Assembly: GCA_001244265.2 (NCBI GenBank) | Contig: CDLV01000013.1 | Location: forward strand, 1,178,001 to 1,242,000 | Origin: Microbotryum violaceum | Taxonomy: Eukaryota | Direction: 5' to 3' | Length of the DNA: 64,000 nt | Shown: positions 59,774 to 64,000 of the stretch, piece after piece | Position numbering within the stretch: position 1 is the stretch's first letter | Layout of the letters: each line of letters begins with the position of its first letter | Position numbers and translations under genes: made by a program | The notes under the pieces: generated by a model | Told to the model about the DNA's origin: nothing | Database searches by the model: none | What the model saw: only the letters and a program-made list of their open reading frames with translations

Positions 59774-62700
59774 ATGCCGCCCAAGAAGGGAGCCAAGGGC
59801 AAGAAGGGGAAGAAGGATTTGGACGATGATGCCTACTGGTGAGTGGTGTCATGCGAGTGGGAGCCGGCGCGGATTGCGATCGACCGCGCGCGTCATTGTC
59901 CTCGTCCAATCTCGGGTGGGGGCCTCACAAAATAAGATGACTGATGCTCAAAAAATGGATTCTTCACAGGGAATCCAAAGCCTCCTCGAACGCTTCCCTA
60001 GCCGGCGCCGAATCGGACGCGGAAGTTGACCTCGAACCTTCGCGTCGACCGACCGCTTCGGCCTTTGCATCGCTCAATACCAAACACGACGACGACGACG
60101 ACAACGACGGCAAAGCGGGCGGAGATGACTCGGATGAAGATGGAGGTGGATTGATGGCTGCCATTGCGAAGAGCTCAAAGTCAAAGAAGGAGAAGAAGAA
60201 GAAGCAGGCTGCTCCGGTTGAGGAAGATGAGCAGGGGGAACAAATTGACTTGGCCGCGCCGAGGGGGGCCGTCCAGGTTAACGCCGAGGATTGGATGGAT
60301 GCCGAGTTTGGGGACGATAAGAAGAGTAAGAAGAAAGGGAAGAAGAAGGGGGGGGATAAGAAGGCGCAGCAGAAGAAGCAGGACGAGGATAGCGAGGACG
60401 AGACTGCTGCCGATGGCCAGGTAGAGGCTGTCATCCAGGCCGTCGAGCACGTCAAGCTGGACGATGGGGAGAAGAAGGAGAGTCCTCAGGTCGAGGCGGA
60501 GGAGGATGGAGACGACCAGGAGGACGATCAGCCGAACCGAGTCTTGAGCAAGAAGGAGAAGGAGAAGCTCAAGAAGGAAAAGGAGAAGGTAGGCTCTCCG
60601 TTCTCCTGGCTGGTCGACGGCGCGAATTGAATTCAACTCTCTGACTCTTACTTCTCTCCTTTTGCCCCTCACACAGGCGAAGAAGAAGGCCCAAGCTGCG
60701 GCCAAGAAGGCACAATCCGGCGACGCTGCACCAGCGGCCGGTGCCCCCGCCGAAGCCACTCCCGCACCCCCACCACCTGCCGCTACCGCTGCAGCCATTG
60801 ATGACGCTGAAGACGATGGCGACGAAGCAGGAGGTGATGCCGCGTCGAAAAACAAAAAGAAGAAGAAAAAGAAGGCCGCAGACAAGCCCGCTGTGGAGAA
60901 GGCCGCACCGGCGCCCAAGCTGAACCCCAAGATGGCTGCATTGCGAGCGGCGATGGAGGCGCAGAAGGCGGCGCAGGAGGAGGCCAAGAGGCTGGAGGAG
61001 GAGGAGCAGGCGAGGATTGAGGAGGAGGAACGAAAGGCTGCTGAGGAGGGGAGGTTGCGCGCTGAAGAGAAGGCCAAGAAAAAGGAGAAAGAGAAGGTCG
61101 GTTCGATTGAGAGAGTTGGATCGATTGTTGATGGGCCGGTAACTGATTCAAGAACATTCTACAGGCCAAGAAGGATCAACTTCGCAAAGAGGGGAAGCTG
61201 CTCACCCCGAAGCAAAAAGCCGAAAAGGCTGCCGCCGAAGCTCGACTTAAGGCCCTCGTCGGTACCGAAGGTGTGCTCATCGCGGGCTTGCAAAAGGGCA
61301 ACGATGGCGAAACCGCGCGCAAGGTCTCGTACGGGAGCAAGAAGAAGCCGTTCCCCAAGAAGGGCCCACAAGCTGCCGCTGAACCCGTGGTGGAGGAGAA
61401 GCTCGAGGCTGCACCTGTCGAGTCCCTCAAGGAGGAGGAGAACAAGGAAGCAGGGAGTGACAATGACGTCAAGGATGACTGGGATGCCAGTGACGATGAG
61501 GATGTCAAGGACGATTGGGATGCCAGCTCGTCGGAGGACGAGGAGAAAGAGGGCGCACCGGCGAAAATTGCGCCGGCTGCTGCACCAGCTGCAAAAGGTG
61601 AGCGTGGTGGCGCTGCACACACGTGCGGGAGCAATTACTGATTGTTTGCTCTCTCCATGCGGTCACAGCTTCGAATGGTAAGGCCAAAGCGGCACCGAAA
61701 TCCGCCACAAAGACAACACCGTCGAAAGGTGCAGCCGTTGCCAGAGCTTCGCCCGCCACAAAGGGAGCCGTTGCCAAACCTGCCGCCAAGGGCGGCAAGG
61801 CAGCCGTCGTCGAGTCTTCATCTGAGGAGGACGACGACGAGGATGACTCGGACGACGACGACGACGATGACTCGGACGACGATTCAGACGACGATGACTC
61901 TGATCACGACACGGACGATGACTCATCCGAGGATGAGAACGGCATGACCTCGACCGAACGCATGGCGGCCGAACGCAAAGCCGCAGCCAAGGAGCGACGA
62001 TTGGCAAAGGCTGCTGATGCTCTCAAAGCGCGGAGCAAGGACGATATGCGCAGTCCAATCTGTGTCATTCTTGGGCACGTCGATACCGGTAAAACCAAAC
62101 TGCTTGATAAGATTCGACAGACCAACGTCCAGGAGGGCGAAGCCGGGGGTATCACACAACAGATCGGTGCGACGTACTTCCCGATGGAAGCGATCCGATC
62201 CAAGACCGGTGTGCTTGGCGACAACGACTTGAAGGAATACAAGCTTCCCGGTTTGCTCGTCATCGATACACCGGGTCACGAGTCGTTCACCAACTTGCGA
62301 ACACGTGGTTCGTCGTTGTGCAACATTGCCATCTTGGTCGTCGACATCATGGTGAGTAAGGAGCGGGGTTGAATCTACGCACGTATCAGCTCGCTAATCA
62401 CGGGCTTTATCTCTTTCTCCATTCATCACAGCACGGTCTCGAGCCTCAAACTCTGGAGTCGCTGCGATTGCTCCGAGAAGGCAAAACCCCTTTCATCGTT
62501 GCGCTCAACAAGATCGATCGTCTGTACGGCTGGAAGGCGATCCCGAACGGAGGTTTCCAAGAATCGCTCGCGTCGCAATCCCCCGCCGTCAAGCGCGAGT
62601 TTGAAGATCGATTGCAAAAGACCATTCTCGCATTTGCCGAACAAGGTCTCAACTCGTTGCCTTACTACAAGAACAAGGACTTTGCTCGCGTCGTTTCGCT

Positions 62701-64000
62701 CGTACCGACTTCGGCCCACACGGGAGAAGGTGTGCCGGATATGCTCATGCTCATCATCAAGTTGACGCAAGAGAGGATGGCCGAACGCCTCATGTACATC
62801 TCGACGCTCGAGTGCACGGTCCTCGAGGTCAAGGTCATTGAAGGTCTCGGAACGACGATTGATGTCGTTTTGTCGAATGGTGTATTGCGGGAAGGGGACA
62901 AGATCGTCGTGTGCGGTCTCAACGGTGCAATCGTCACCCAGGTGCGAGCGTTGCTCACACCTCAGCCCATGAAGGAGTTGCGCATCAAGGGTCAATACGT
63001 CCACCACAAGGAGGTCAAGGCTTCACTCGGAATCAAGATCGTCGCGCCCGATCTCGAAAAGGCGATCGCCGGTTCTCGTTTGCTCATCGTGACTGAGGAT
63101 GACGACGAGGACGAATTGAGGGAAGAGGTCATGTCCGATCTGACGGACTTGATGAACTCGGTCGATAAGACCGGCAAGGGTGTGTGCGTCCAGGCCTCGA
63201 CGCTCGGTTCGCTCGAGGCTTTGCTCGAATTCTTGCGCGTCAGCAAGATCCCCGTCAGCGGTATCAACATTGGTCCTGTGCATAAGAAGGATGTCGTTCG
63301 TGCGTCGACGATGCTCGAGAAGCACAAGGAGTTCGCCGTCATGCTTTGCTTCGACGTCCCCGTCGACAAAGAGGCGGAGAAACTCGCCGACGAACTCGGC
63401 GTCAAGGTCTTCAAAGCGGATATTATCTACCATTTGTTCGATGCGTTCACGGCTTATAATGCGCAGATGCTCGAGGCCAAGCGAGCCGATCTGGCACCGA
63501 AAGCGGTGTGGCCCTGCAGGCTGAAGATTATCGCTTGCTTTGCGAAGCGTGATCGTGCGTGCCTCATGTTTGACCGCTCCCTCCTCGAAACAAGCAGTAC
63601 TGACGCGTAAATTTTACCCCGTTCACCACAGCTATCATCGTTGGGTGCGACATCATTGAAGGATCCCTGCGAGTCGGGACACCGCTCTGTGTCGTGCGAA
63701 CGGACGCAACAACGAAGAAGAAGGAAATAATCGGCCTGGGCAAGATCACCTCGCTCGAGATCAATCACAAGGTTAAGGATGTGATCAAGAAGTCCGAAGC
63801 CGGTGGTGGAGTTGCGGTCAAGATCGAGCATGCGTCATACGAGAGTGCCAAGCAGTACGGTCGACACTTTGATGAGAACGATGAGCTTATTTCGTTGATC
63901 TCGCGGACGTCGATCGATACGTTGAAGGACTTGTTCAGGGCTGAAGTGTGAGTTTCTGGGCAGGCCACTGAATCAACGTTCCGTGGTGCCTGTCGCTGAC
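59774..64000 (+). CDS. FUN12: Translation initiation factor eIF5B (IF2 homolog), 3' end beyond window
   Basis: [11 protein letters not shown] start, K/E/D-rich N-terminus, [60 protein letters not shown]. Confidence 0.97.

Noticed and set aside
60181-61077. 298-aa minus-strand Ser/Phe/Leu-rich ORF
   Set aside because: Reverse complement of the Lys/Glu-rich eIF5B N-terminus.
61825-61935. GACGAC/GATGAC microsatellite-like tract
   Set aside because: It is the coding sequence of the poly-Asp/Ser segment of eIF5B.
1-64000. tRNA, rRNA or other structured ncRNA genes
   Set aside because: None recognised by eye; tRNAscan-SE/Infernal would be needed to exclude intronic snoRNAs or tRNAs.

Overview
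Intron-rich eukaryotic DNA that reads as a basidiomycete fungus. Evidence: short GT-AG introns with CTRAY-type branch sites, a Zn2Cys6 factor, and the gene set; Pucciniomycotina/Microbotryum-like is a guess. Host genes in order: copper-radical (glyoxal) oxidase, secreted GH23 lysozyme-like protein, FCP1 CTD phosphatase, a small PIGBOS1-like membrane protein not captured intact by the ORF track, a Baeyer-Villiger/FMO monooxygenase, two tandem heparinase II/III-like paralogs, a Zn2Cys6 factor, a class-3 lipase, NTE1, glutamate decarboxylase, BUD22, a SET-domain protein and eIF5B (runs off the end). Three mobile elements are visible. (1) A DIRS/Ngaro-type RT relic folded into a ~305-bp hairpin. 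(2) A 7.8-kb Mutator-like element (28150-35993; ~310-bp TIRs, 10-11-bp TSD) encoding a GCM-type Zn domain, a MULE transposase and a USP-fold cysteine protease. (3) A 6.6-kb P-element-like transposon (46004-52558; 29-bp TIRs, 8-bp TSD) whose spliced transposase has an N-terminal Ulp1/C48 protease. The best candidate for an unusual system is two unrelated DNA transposon superfamilies each carrying a different ubiquitin/SUMO-type isopeptidase, each ending ~110-130 bp upstream of a host start codon. Exon boundaries were read by eye and are approximate unless stated.
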